Part shown: piece after piece, positions 9,802 through 19,413 of the stretch | How the letters are laid out: each line of letters opens with the position of its first letter | Numbering within the stretch: position 1 is the first letter of the stretch | Assembly: GCA_964655705.1 (NCBI GenBank) | Contig: CAZZPP010000002.1 | Location: 32,231 to 96,230, forward strand | Source of the DNA: an uncultured Candidatus Saccharibacteria bacterium | Lineage (GTDB): Bacteria; Patescibacteriota; Dojkabacteria; SC72 | Direction: 5' to 3' | DNA: 64,000 nucleotides | Position numbers and translations under genes: made by a program | Notes under the pieces: model-generated | What the model saw: the letters and a program-made list of their open reading frames with translations, nothing else | Databases searched by the model: none | What the model was told of the DNA's origin: nothing

Positions 9802-10731
9802 ATGGAGATACATATTAAAGGTGAAAGTGTTGGCAAGAGATTAGATCAATTAATGCTCGAGATTTTGACCAACCAATCGTTTTCTCGAAGTATAGTACAG
9901 AGATATATTGATAAGGGTTGTATGGTGAATGGAAAAGAGTCCAAGAGGTCATACAGGCTAAAAGAGGGAGATTTATTATCTGTTGATACTCAGTATTGGG
10001 ATAAGTTAAAAAAGAAGTTAGATTTAAGTAATGATATACTTCCTCAAGAAGGGGAGTTGGATATTAGGTATGAAGATGAGGACTTAATGGTAATATATAA
10101 ACCTAAAGGTCTTGTAGTACATCCTGGTGTTGGCAATAGTGAGAATACACTTGCTAACTATGTACGGTACTATCTTGAGAGCAAAGGAGAGTATGACAAT
10201 CTAATGGATAGGAGTGGTATTGTCCATAGATTAGATAAGGGGGTTTCTGGTTTAATGGTTGTTGCTAAAAATAAAAGTACTCAGGAGTACTTAAAGGGGG
10301 AGTTTAAGAGGAAGAGAGTTGTTAAAATATATCATGCAACTCTCTTAGAGAGTACAAATATACAACAGAATTTTGAAATACGAAAATATGTCTCAAAAAT
10401 GAACATAAAATTACAACCTTGGTTGAATTGGCAAAAAGTTGAGGGATATATTGGTAGAGATAGGGTAAATAGATATAGAATGGAGTTTAAAACATACCAG
10501 TTTCGTGGTTCAAAATATGCTCTTAACTATATACTTTTTTCAAATAGCGAGGCCTTAATTAAGATTGAAACAGGTAGGATGCATCAGATAAGGGCTACTT
10601 TAAAATATTTGGGGTATCACATTAAAGGAGATAGTCTGTATGGTAATGATAAAGGGAATGAGATAATGTTAGAATCAGTATTACTTAGTTTTGTAAAGAA
10701 AAATGGTTTAAGATTACTTTTTACAGTATAG
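9802..10731 (+). CDS. RluA/RluD-family pseudouridine synthase with N-terminal S4-like domain
   Basis: Catalytic motif HRLDKGVSGLMVVAKN. C-terminal GRMHQIRATLKYLGYHIKGDSLYG. Confidence 0.75.
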   Translation: MEIHIKGESVGKRLDQLMLEILTNQSFSRSIVQRYIDKGCMVNGKESKRSYRLKEGDLLSVDTQYWDKLKKKLDLSNDILPQEGELDIRYEDEDLMVIYKPKGLVVHPGVGNSENTLANYVRYYLESKGEYDNLMDRSGIVHRLDKGVSGLMVVAKNKSTQEYLKGEFKRKRVVKIYHATLLESTNIQQNFEIRKYVSKMNIKLQPWLNWQKVEGYIGRDRVNRYRMEFKTYQFRGSKYALNYILFSNSEALIKIETGRMHQIRATLKYLGYHIKGDSLYGNDKGNEIMLESVLLSFVKKNGLRLLFTV

Positions 10732-10733
10732 AT

Positions 10734-11945
10734 ATGTCATCAAGAGTAAATAGGTATAGGCAAAAAAAAGAGAAGAAGAAAGCAAGAAAGATACATTTCA
10801 GTATTGAAAAGATTTTCTTTCTTTTCCTCATTGTTGGTGCTCTAACCTATGGTATATATGCATATATTGGTTTCAAGAATATCAAGAGTATTGATGTTTT
10901 AAGAGAGAGTAATTCTGATTTTTACCTTCTCTCAAAAAGAAAGGATCAGTTAGATAAGACATTGATAGTATTTGAGCAGGAATATAATGGTAAGGATAAG
11001 ATATCGATGGCATATCTGTATTCAGAAAATAAGGAGAAGGAGATTTCTGTTTTAACATATATTCCTGGTTGGGTTGAATATACTGAAGTAGAGGAGGATT
11101 TTGGGAGTAGTATCCCAATATCTTCTTTTAAATTTGCAGGGGAGTTTCTATCCCAGGGTAGAGGTTTTGAATATGCAATATGGCAATTTGAACAACTCTT
11201 AGGTGGTAATATTGATGAATACATATGGATTAGTTCTGATGCTTTTGAGGTTTTCTCTGACAAACTTGGGGAGGTATCTGGTGATAGTATATATGCTCAG
11301 TACTATACAAATGGTTTTGATTCTAACCAAGAGGCTTTCTTTCTAAATAGTTTCATTTCAAAATTAGGATGGATTAATCTTGCCCTTTCCTCATCCAAGT
11401 TTAAAGATTCAGAAGCAGTGATATATTCTTCCTTTCCCACATTGGGTAATACTGTTGCTAAATTAAAGCAGATTCATTCAAGTACGCTTTCTACCAGACC
11501 TTTCTTAATTGATTTAAGTAGTAGTAAGTATCTTTCTCAACAAGAAGCTTCCAGTGGGGTAGGGATTACTAGCTATATTAATACCTCGGAGTATGATCTA
11601 GTTTGGAGAGAGTTTGCAGATGATATGATAGATAGGGAGCTGGAGAGAGAAAGAGTTAGAGTGGAGATATATAATGGGAGTGGTATGTCTGGTTATGCTA
11701 GCCAGTATGCTAGAAGAATTCGAAATAGTGGGTGTGAGGTTGTCAGATATGATAATGCACCTGTACAACAAGAAAAGACTCAATTCTATGTACCAAAGCC
11801 TGATGAATTTAAATATTCATTAGAGGTTATCTTTGAACTTTTTCCTGGTTCCTATGAAATTGTTCAGGGTAGACCCTCTTTTATGACAACTGGAGATGTT
11901 GTCATCATACTTGGCAAGGATATCCCTACAGTATATTCCTTCTAA
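10734..11945 (+). CDS. LytR-CpsA-Psr (LCP) family cell-envelope protein with C-terminal LytR_C domain
   Basis: N-terminal basic tail plus TM. Central LCP-like region. C-terminal VRVEIYNGSGMSGYASQYARRIRNSGCEVV matches the LytR_C domain. Confidence 0.5.
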   Translation: MSSRVNRYRQKKEKKKARKIHFSIEKIFFLFLIVGALTYGIYAYIGFKNIKSIDVLRESNSDFYLLSKRKDQLDKTLIVFEQEYNGKDKISMAYLYSENKEKEISVLTYIPGWVEYTEVEEDFGSSIPISSFKFAGEFLSQGRGFEYAIWQFEQLLGGNIDEYIWISSDAFEVFSDKLGEVSGDSIYAQYYTNGFDSNQEAFFLNSFISKLGWINLALSSSKFKDSEAVIYSSFPTLGNTVAKLKQIHSSTLSTRPFLIDLSSSKYLSQQEASSGVGITSYINTSEYDLVWREFADDMIDRELERERVRVEIYNGSGMSGYASQYARRIRNSGCEVVRYDNAPVQQEKTQFYVPKPDEFKYSLEVIFELFPGSYEIVQGRPSFMTTGDVVIILGKDIPTVYSF

Positions 11946-11985
11946 CATCTTCTAAATATTTCATTCCTAATGTAGAATAGAGAAT

Positions 11986-14439
11986 ATGAATATCGTTATC
12001 ATAATTTTAGCCTTACTCCTGCTATCATTACTGTTTTTAGCATTTATTGCTTTGATTAGAAGAAGTAGAGGTACTGAGATTGAGGTATTTGATGAGGTGA
12101 GAAATCCACTAGTAATGCAGATTCTTGTACCCAGAGAGAATGACAAGACACCTTTGGCAGCTGAGCAGATGTTTGCCTCTATACATGGTATATTAGGGGA
12201 TAATGTAAGATCTTTGGATTTAGTTAGCTTCGAAATTGTATCTTCAGGAAATGATGGTATTAAGTTCTATGCTGTTGTACCCAAAAATATTGCGAAGTTT
12301 GTAGAAGGTCAGATTTATGCACAGTATCCTAATGCAGACATTAAATATGTACCTGACTATACGCCTCTTAAGGAGAAGAGTATGCAACTTTTTGTTACTA
12401 CGGGAGAGATTGAACTGGAGAAAGATTTCATATTCCCGATTAAAACCTTTAGGAATTTTGAAGTAGACCCTTTAGCAGCTATTACTGGGGCTATATCGGA
12501 TTTAAAGATTGGTCAGAGTGCATGGATCCAGATATTAGTTAGACCTGTTTCTAATTATTGGCAGAGTAATTCTAAAAAATATATTACAGACATTAAGGAG
12601 GGTAGGGATCCTTACGGTAAGGGTTTCTGGTTCAATATTGGAAACATTTTCAAAGGTGTTGGTGATAATATCTCAAATATGGGTAATGAGGATGTTTTAA
12701 GAAAAGAGGTTGTGAAATTAGAACCGGGCCAGGAGGAAGAGTTAAGCGAGATTGAGCTAAAGATGCTTAAATTAGGTTTTGAGTTTAAGGTAAGGGTTAT
12801 TACAAAGGCTTCTTCTCAGATTGAGTCTGAGCAGATTCTTCGCGATATTGTTGCTAGTTTTAAACAGTTTACTACTGCTCATCTAAATAGTTTTATACAT
12901 TCGAAACCTACCCAAAGTGGTAAAGAGATATACTCCGACTATATTAAAAGGTATCTACCTTCTGAGATTATTGATATTATCAATATTGAAGAACTTGCTT
13001 CTCTTTACCATATGCCTAATATATCTGTAGAGACTCCCAATATTGCTTGGAGTAGATCTAAAAAGATTGAGCCTCCAATGAATCTACCCAAAAATGGAGA
13101 GGATGGTGTTACTGTTTTTGCAGAGACTGATTACAGGGGTAGTAGATATGAGTTTGGAATTAAAAGAGAGGACAGAAGAAAACATTTCTACATACTTGGT
13201 AAAACTGGTGTAGGGAAGTCTACAGTTTTCAAGAATATGTTTGTATCTGATATCTTGCGAGGGGATGGTGCTTGTATGGTAGATCCCCATGGTGAGTTAA
13301 TCGAAGAACTTTTAGACTTTATTCCACCCGAAAGAGTAAATGATGTAATATATCTTAATCCTACTGATACTCAGTATCCTGTCGGTTTTAATCTATTAGA
13401 ATTAAAGGACAAGTCTCAGAGAGATTTAATCGCTGATGGGGTAGTGGAGGTATTTCATAAACAGTTTGGTACCTCTTGGGGTCCTAGATTACAATATATT
13501 CTTACTAATACAATTGCTACTGCACTAGAGGCACAGGGTACTACCCTTCTGTCTGTTACTAGATTGTTAATGGACAAAAACTACAGGAAATTTATTCTTA
13601 AGCAGGTTAATGACCCCATATTGATAAAGTTCTGGGATGAGGAGTATGCTCAGATGTCACAAAATCCTAGACTTTTGGCTGAGTCTGTTTCTCCAATACA
13701 AAACAAAGTAGGAAGATTCATTTCTTCAGCAGTAACAAGAAATATTATTGGTCAGGTAAAGTCCACGATTGATTTAAGAGAGATAATGGATAACAAGAAA
13801 ATATTACTTGTTAATTTAGCTCAAGGCAAATTAGGAGAGGAAACAGCTTCCCTTCTGGGTGGAATGATTATTACTAGACTACAATCTACTGCACTAGAGA
13901 GAGTAGATATGCCTTCAGATCAAAGAAATGATTTCTACCTTTTTGTTGATGAATTCCAAAACTTTGCTACAGATTCCTTTGCGAAGATTCTTTCTGAGGC
14001 GAGGAAATTTAAATTAGATTTGTGTATGACTAATCAATATATTGATCAATTACCTTTAACAGTTAGGCAGGCCATCTTCGGGAATGTTGGAACTTTAGGA
14101 TCATTTGTTGTTAGTCAGTCAGATGCAGCAATATTGGAAAAGGAGTTTGCACCTACTGTTTCTTCAGAAGATCTTGTATCTCTAGATGCACATTCAATGT
14201 ATATCAAGTTATGTATAGATGGTATGACTTCTACCACCTTTAGTGCAAGATCCCTTCCTCCAAGGTATGAGCCTTTCGGTCTTAAGGAGCAAGTAGTTGC
14301 CCAATCAAGGGAGAAGTATGGTACTCCAAAAGAGGTAATTGAAGACAAGATTTTAAGATGGAGTAATCAAACTTACAGTGAGAAGGGTAACAGGTCTGCT
14401 AAAAAAGATGAAGAAGCATCAGAGGGCAACAGCGTTTAA
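11986..14439 (+). CDS. TraD/TrwB/VirD4-like type IV coupling-protein-family ATPase (T4SS DNA-binding domain protein)
   Basis: N-terminal TM. Walker A region FYILGKTGVGKSTV..LRGDGACMVDPHGE parallels the TrwB P-loop/DPxGD segment. Walker B FYLFVDEFQNF. No VirB4, VirB6 or relaxase nearby. Confidence 0.5.
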   Translation: MNIVIIILALLLLSLLFLAFIALIRRSRGTEIEVFDEVRNPLVMQILVPRENDKTPLAAEQMFASIHGILGDNVRSLDLVSFEIVSSGNDGIKFYAVVPKNIAKFVEGQIYAQYPNADIKYVPDYTPLKEKSMQLFVTTGEIELEKDFIFPIKTFRNFEVDPLAAITGAISDLKIGQSAWIQILVRPVSNYWQSNSKKYITDIKEGRDPYGKGFWFNIGNIFKGVGDNISNMGNEDVLRKEVVKLEPGQEEELSEIELKMLKLGFEFKVRVITKASSQIESEQILRDIVASFKQFTTAHLNSFIHSKPTQSGKEIYSDYIKRYLPSEIIDIINIEELASLYHMPNISVETPNIAWSRSKKIEPPMNLPKNGEDGVTVFAETDYRGSRYEFGIKREDRRKHFYILGKTGVGKSTVFKNMFVSDILRGDGACMVDPHGELIEELLDFIPPERVNDVIYLNPTDTQYPVGFNLLELKDKSQRDLIADGVVEVFHKQFGTSWGPRLQYILTNTIATALEAQGTTLLSVTRLLMDKNYRKFILKQVNDPILIKFWDEEYAQMSQNPRLLAESVSPIQNKVGRFISSAVTRNIIGQVKSTIDLREIMDNKKILLVNLAQGKLGEETASLLGGMIITRLQSTALERVDMPSDQRNDFYLFVDEFQNFATDSFAKILSEARKFKLDLCMTNQYIDQLPLTVRQAIFGNVGTLGSFVVSQSDAAILEKEFAPTVSSEDLVSLDAHSMYIKLCIDGMTSTTFSARSLPPRYEPFGLKEQVVAQSREKYGTPKEVIEDKILRWSNQTYSEKGNRSAKKDEEASEGNSV

Positions 14440-14507
14440 ACTAGGGTCTTTTTCTCATAGTAGTTAAGTGGTAAAATATCAGATATATAATATGTTTCTG
14501 AGCATTT

Positions 14508-15278
14508 ATGTCAGGGCATTCTAAATGGTCAACAATTAAGCATAAGAAGGCATTAAATGATGCTAAGAAGGGTAAAGTTTTTTCTAAACTCTCTACTCAG
14601 ATTACACATGCTGCTAGAAAAGGGGGAGGGGATGTAAATATGAATCCCAATTTAAGATTGTATGTAGACAAGGCTAAAAGTGTAGGTTTCCCAATTGACA
14701 GAATTGAAAAGGCAATATCGAAAGGTACAGGCCAGGGCTCTGATGGTATTACATATGAAGAGATTACATATGAGGGATTTGGACCTAATGGAGTACAGAT
14801 TTTAGTTGACACCTTAACGGATAACAAGAATAGAACAGTAGCAGATTTGAGACAACTTTTTGATGAGATTGGGGGTAGTCTTGGGGAGAGTGGTTGTGTA
14901 TCATGGAATTTTAATGTCAGAGGTCTAATTGTTCTCAGAAGTGGTCATATGAAGAAATCAGAGAAATTTGGTGGTGTAGATGAGTATGTTAAAGAGAATA
15001 GGGAGGAAGTAATGATTAGATTAATGGATCTTGATGGAGTAGAGGATATTAAAGAAGTCGATCTTGATGGTATAGAAGTATATACTCAATTCGCAGATTT
15101 AGCTAAAGTTAGAGATTCCATTTTAGACTTAGGATATTTGATAGAGGAGGCAGATATTTTCAAAGAGCCTAAGGTTACAAAATCTCTTACAAAAAACGAA
15201 TTAGAAAAAATTCATAATGGTCTTGAAAAACTGGATGACCATGATGATGTACAGAATGTATGGAGTAACTTGGAGTAA
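14508..15278 (+). CDS. yebC: YebC/PmpR-family probable transcriptional regulatory protein
   Basis: MSGHSKWSTIKHKKALNDAKKGKVFSKL N-terminus is diagnostic. Conserved position upstream of ruvC. Confidence 0.9.
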   Translation: MSGHSKWSTIKHKKALNDAKKGKVFSKLSTQITHAARKGGGDVNMNPNLRLYVDKAKSVGFPIDRIEKAISKGTGQGSDGITYEEITYEGFGPNGVQILVDTLTDNKNRTVADLRQLFDEIGGSLGESGCVSWNFNVRGLIVLRSGHMKKSEKFGGVDEYVKENREEVMIRLMDLDGVEDIKEVDLDGIEVYTQFADLAKVRDSILDLGYLIEEADIFKEPKVTKSLTKNELEKIHNGLEKLDDHDDVQNVWSNLE

Positions 15279-15294
15279 ATTAAGATATATAGAT

Positions 15295-15762
15295 ATGAGA
15301 ATATTAGGTATAGACCCTGGACTGGCTACAACGGGTTGGGCTATTGTAGATTTTGATAGTAAGGGTAACCCTTATCCTGTTGATTATGGTGCTATTCTTA
15401 CCCCCAAAGGTCTTACAGTGTCAGCAAGATTAGAGGAGATATATGTTGATTTAAAGAGTCTAATCAAAAAATTCAAGCCTGAATTAGCTGGGGTTGAGAC
15501 ATTAATTTTCTGTAATAATCTTAAAACAGCAATTTCTGTAGGAGAAGCAAGAGGTGTGGTACTGTTGGCTTTACAGGAAGGTAATTTACCCATAAAAGAG
15601 TTTACTCCATTGCAAGTAAAAAGTGCTGTAACAGGATATGGTAAGGCTACTAAAAGACAGGTTCAAGAAAATATTAAGATGTTGTGTAATCTAGAGGAGA
15701 TACCTAAGCCAGATGATGCTGCCGATGCAATAGCAGTAGCAATTGCATCTAACAGTCAATAG
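15295..15762 (+). CDS. ruvC: Holliday junction resolvase RuvC
   Basis: MRILGIDPGLATTGWAIVD start with catalytic Asp. C-terminal DDAADAIAVAIA. Start trimmed to the conserved Met. Confidence 0.85.
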   Translation: MRILGIDPGLATTGWAIVDFDSKGNPYPVDYGAILTPKGLTVSARLEEIYVDLKSLIKKFKPELAGVETLIFCNNLKTAISVGEARGVVLLALQEGNLPIKEFTPLQVKSAVTGYGKATKRQVQENIKMLCNLEEIPKPDDAADAIAVAIASNSQ

Positions 15763-15822
15763 TAGTCCATTATGGGGTGTAGTATAATCATTTTAACTAT
15801 ATAATATCTATTTTTACATATT

Positions 15823-16464
15823 ATGGTAGATAAAGAAACAGTTATTCATGGCATAGGGTATGAGCATATGGAGAGTAATGTTGATAGAAGGATCTCTGAT
15901 ATTCAGGATTTTGTTAGTGGGACAATTGCAAACGATATAGAAATAGGTAAGAAATTGAGTAAAATGACGGTTGAAAATCTTAATAGTATAACTGCCTTAC
16001 CAATAGAAGAAATCGGAACTGTTAAATATAATTATGGAGGCGTGAATGGAGAGCCAGCTCCCCGTCTGGGTGTTTTTAAAACCAGACTTACACTTGTTCC
16101 AGAGCAATTAACTGAAATTATTGGCTCGGGTTATTTACATGAGAGCTCTTGGGTTAATTGTCTTAAATGGATGATGCAAGAAAAACTACTTCTCGTTAGG
16201 GACCCTAATGAGGATTTAGTACAAAAGGAGTGGGGAAAAATAACTAAGGGTGCTTTTTATCAAGCAGAACCATATCATAGGTTATTTCTATTAAACAGGA
16301 GGGGTATTCTTGCTATCGATTCAGGGATTTTCTCTATGCGAACATTTAAGATAAAGAATTTGGAATTCTGGAATTATCTTAGGAGATTGGAATATCAAAT
16401 TGCTAGGGAAGAAAGAAGGAAGTCATATATCATATCTCATCCTAAAGTTAAAGATACTGATTAA
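15823..16464 (+). CDS. Hypothetical protein inserted between ruvC and ruvA
   Basis: 213-aa ORF with no recognisable motif. Coding-like codon usage. Confidence 0.4.
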   Translation: MVDKETVIHGIGYEHMESNVDRRISDIQDFVSGTIANDIEIGKKLSKMTVENLNSITALPIEEIGTVKYNYGGVNGEPAPRLGVFKTRLTLVPEQLTEIIGSGYLHESSWVNCLKWMMQEKLLLVRDPNEDLVQKEWGKITKGAFYQAEPYHRLFLLNRRGILAIDSGIFSMRTFKIKNLEFWNYLRRLEYQIAREERRKSYIISHPKVKDTD

Positions 16465-16526
16465 CTTAGAGGTTAAGGATTGGTATTATTTAATCACTCC
16501 TTTAAGTTATCCTGTATAATGTAAGA

Positions 16527-17120
16527 ATGATTTCATATATATCAGGTAAAATACACAAAACAAGTATAGGGAAAACACCATATCTTGATATACTTATTTC
16601 TTGTGGGGTAGGGTATAGGGTATTTGTAACATCTCAATTTCATTTTTCTGAAAAGGGGGAAGACGTTGCAGTATATACTAGTTTCCAGGTTAGGGAGGAT
16701 AGTCAAATGCTTTATGGTTTTAATACTCAAGAGGAGAGAGACTTCTTTGAGGAGTTACTCTCTGTTTCAGGGATAGGGCCAAGAACTGCTCTTTCGATTC
16801 TTTCTACATATACTTTGGATAGGGTCAAAGATATCATTTTAGAGGGTGATTCTAAACTTCTGAGCAAGACTCCTAACTTAGGTCTTAAGGGTGCACAAAA
16901 AGTAATACTTGAATTAAGGGGTAAGATTGATTTCCATAGGGAAGATCAACAGGTTGAGGAGAATCAGAAATTAACGGAATTAAAAGATGCTCTTAGGGTT
17001 TTGGGATTCAAGGGGAAAGATTTAGAGGATGGAGTTAAGAGGGGAGAGAAGGAATTAAGGAAGGGAGATGTTGATATTGAAATACTAATTAAGAGAGTTT
17101 TACAGAATACAAATGATTAA
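16527..17120 (+). CDS. ruvA: Holliday junction branch-migration protein RuvA
   Basis: MISYISGKI..GVGYRVFV OB domain. HhH region LLSVSGIGPRTALSILS. Confidence 0.85.
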   Translation: MISYISGKIHKTSIGKTPYLDILISCGVGYRVFVTSQFHFSEKGEDVAVYTSFQVREDSQMLYGFNTQEERDFFEELLSVSGIGPRTALSILSTYTLDRVKDIILEGDSKLLSKTPNLGLKGAQKVILELRGKIDFHREDQQVEENQKLTELKDALRVLGFKGKDLEDGVKRGEKELRKGDVDIEILIKRVLQNTND

Positions 17121-18144
17121 ATCAAGTAAAAAAACAGGAGAAAAGAATCCCGGAACAAAGAGTAGGGTAGTAGTTAGTAGTATAGAGGTAGAGGAGGCTG
17201 AGCAGAAAATTCGTCCATCTAAGCTTGATGAGATGATTGGTAGGAAGCAGGAAAAGAAAACTATTAGGATGATGGTAGATTCTGCGAAGAAGAGGGGAGA
17301 GGTAGTAGATCATATTCTTTTTTATGGTCCTCCTGGACTTGGTAAGACTACTTTTGCTCTAGCTATTGCTAATGAGGTAGGTTCTTCAATTAGAATTACA
17401 TCTGGACCTGCAATTGAAAGGCAAGGGGATTTGGCTGCTATATTAACTAATCTTAAGGCTAATGATATTCTCTTTGTGGATGAGATCCATCGTCTATCTA
17501 GAGTAGTTGAAGAGATTTTGTATCCTGCAATGGAGGATAGGGCTCTGGATATTGTAATGGGTAAGGGACCTTCTGCTAAAACAATTAGATTAAGTCTTGA
17601 ACCTTTTACCCTGATTGGTGCTACTACACAGATAGGGAAGATTAGTGCTCCCATGAGGGATAGGTTTGGATTAATTCAGAGGTTAGATTTTTTCGAGGAT
17701 GAGGATATGATTGAAATATTAAAGAGAGCATGTAAACTCTGGGAGATACAAATAGAGGAGGAAGCACTTAAACTCCTTTCCATTGCTTCTAGAGGTACTG
17801 CAAGAGTAGGCTTAAGGCTTTTGAGGAGGACGAGAGACTTTGCTCAGAGTAATAATGTTAAGATAGTATCTCCAGAGGTTGTTAACTCTACAATGAAACT
17901 TTTGGGAATTGATGATATTGGGTTAGAAAATCTTGATAGGGAAATACTTAGGGTAATATATTTCAATTTTGATGGTGGTCCTGTAGGTGTTTCAACATTA
18001 GCTGCAAGTATCTCCGAGGAGGTCTCTACACTTTTAGATGTACATGAGCCCTACCTTATGAAGTGCGGATTGATTAAGAGGACATCTAGGGGTAGAGTAC
18101 TTACTCCAAAGGGTATAAAATATGTAGAGAGTATATGGCAATAG
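17113..18144 (+). CDS. ruvB: Holliday junction ATP-dependent DNA helicase RuvB
   Basis: Walker A LFYGPPGLGKTTFA. Walker B LFVDEIHRL. Sensor region and winged-helix C-terminus. Confidence 0.9.
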   Translation: MIKSSKKTGEKNPGTKSRVVVSSIEVEEAEQKIRPSKLDEMIGRKQEKKTIRMMVDSAKKRGEVVDHILFYGPPGLGKTTFALAIANEVGSSIRITSGPAIERQGDLAAILTNLKANDILFVDEIHRLSRVVEEILYPAMEDRALDIVMGKGPSAKTIRLSLEPFTLIGATTQIGKISAPMRDRFGLIQRLDFFEDEDMIEILKRACKLWEIQIEEEALKLLSIASRGTARVGLRLLRRTRDFAQSNNVKIVSPEVVNSTMKLLGIDDIGLENLDREILRVIYFNFDGGPVGVSTLAASISEEVSTLLDVHEPYLMKCGLIKRTSRGRVLTPKGIKYVESIWQ

Positions 18145-18962
18145 AGGGAGATGTTATCAAAACAGAAGATTCTGTAAAAAGGGGGAAGTTAATAGCCCTA
18201 GCTTTGTTAATAGGGCTATCTATGTTTGTACAAACATTAATCAAAACCCAGGATGTAACAATTGCTAGGACATTAATTACATCAATAATATATCTTCTTC
18301 TTTCCTTTGCTGGATTAGTATGGGCATTTGATTTTCAAGTTAAGATCAAATCATTGCCTTTTCTTTTGCATAGTTCTCTGTTTGTAATGTCTGAATATCT
18401 CTTTATACAGTTATTCTTTGTTGAGAAATTTAGTCGTATATATGAAGGTATTCTGTTATTAATATTAGTTGCATTGGTATCAATAGGTTCATACATTTCA
18501 TTTTTAATGGCTAATGTCTTTAATGTTAATCTGTACAAGAGTATTCCTCTTGCCAATGTTGGTAGAACGACCTCATATATAATTTCAACACTATCAATCT
18601 TCTTTTTAACTTTTAGCTTACTCTCAATTCAACTCCCAATATATATTCTTCTTCCTATACAATTAGGTATAAGTATATTCTTTGTATATATTCATTTGAG
18701 TAATTTAGGATACGAGGGTTTTGTACTTACTCGTAAAACAGTATTGGTTTCCTTAATTGTGTTTATTATGTTTTTAAGTTCCTTTCTATCTGGAATTATT
18801 CATGAGGTTTGTGCACTTGCCCCAACGGTAGGGTACTTTGTAGGTATTGGGATAGCCAATATTAAGAGGGATAGTTCTAAGAATAGTTTAGAGTATATAT
18901 TATATATTCTTGCATTAATTGGTGTAATTATTCTTAATTTTGTATTAAATATTTTCTCATAG
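18135..18962 (+). CDS. Polytopic membrane protein, unknown function
   Basis: At least 7 hydrophobic helices and no soluble domain. Confidence 0.4.
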   Translation: MAIEGDVIKTEDSVKRGKLIALALLIGLSMFVQTLIKTQDVTIARTLITSIIYLLLSFAGLVWAFDFQVKIKSLPFLLHSSLFVMSEYLFIQLFFVEKFSRIYEGILLLILVALVSIGSYISFLMANVFNVNLYKSIPLANVGRTTSYIISTLSIFFLTFSLLSIQLPIYILLPIQLGISIFFVYIHLSNLGYEGFVLTRKTVLVSLIVFIMFLSSFLSGIIHEVCALAPTVGYFVGIGIANIKRDSSKNSLEYILYILALIGVIILNFVLNIFS

Positions 18963-19413
18963 ATAGCAAGAAGTAGGGGAGTAGGGCTAATAGCAAAAAA
19001 GAGCCCATAGTTTCACATGTCCCATAGTAATTATCAATGTGGATAACTTTGTGTTAATAGGTTGAATTAAATATATTGATATCTATATATGAGGGTAGTT
19101 AGTAGTAAGTGAGGGACTAGTGTGTTCATGGGTGGTGGATATACCATCCCCTATACTTGATATATGTTATGATTTTTAGTAATATGTAACCGAGTATAAT
19201 CATCCTTATATGCGGTCCTAAGCCAGGAGAGTCCTAGGAGGAGTATGTGACTATATATTTTTAATATTATTTATTAATGATTAACTTACTGAAATATATT
19301 TTTAATTTATTAATTTCATTTATTAAATTTCTCTTAACTACGTTTACTCTTCCTCATTTCATAATTTAGGTCCCCTACTTTGATTTTAAATTTTAAAAAG
19401 ATAATATATACAT

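Noticed and set aside
18963-19413. Tried to read the long noncoding stretch as tmRNA, SRP RNA or RNase P RNA.
   Set aside because: No recognisable conserved cores: no tRNA-like 3' end or tag ORF, no SRP domain IV GGAA/AGCA symmetric loop, no RNase P GGAAAGUCCGG. Left only as a candidate for covariance-model scanning.
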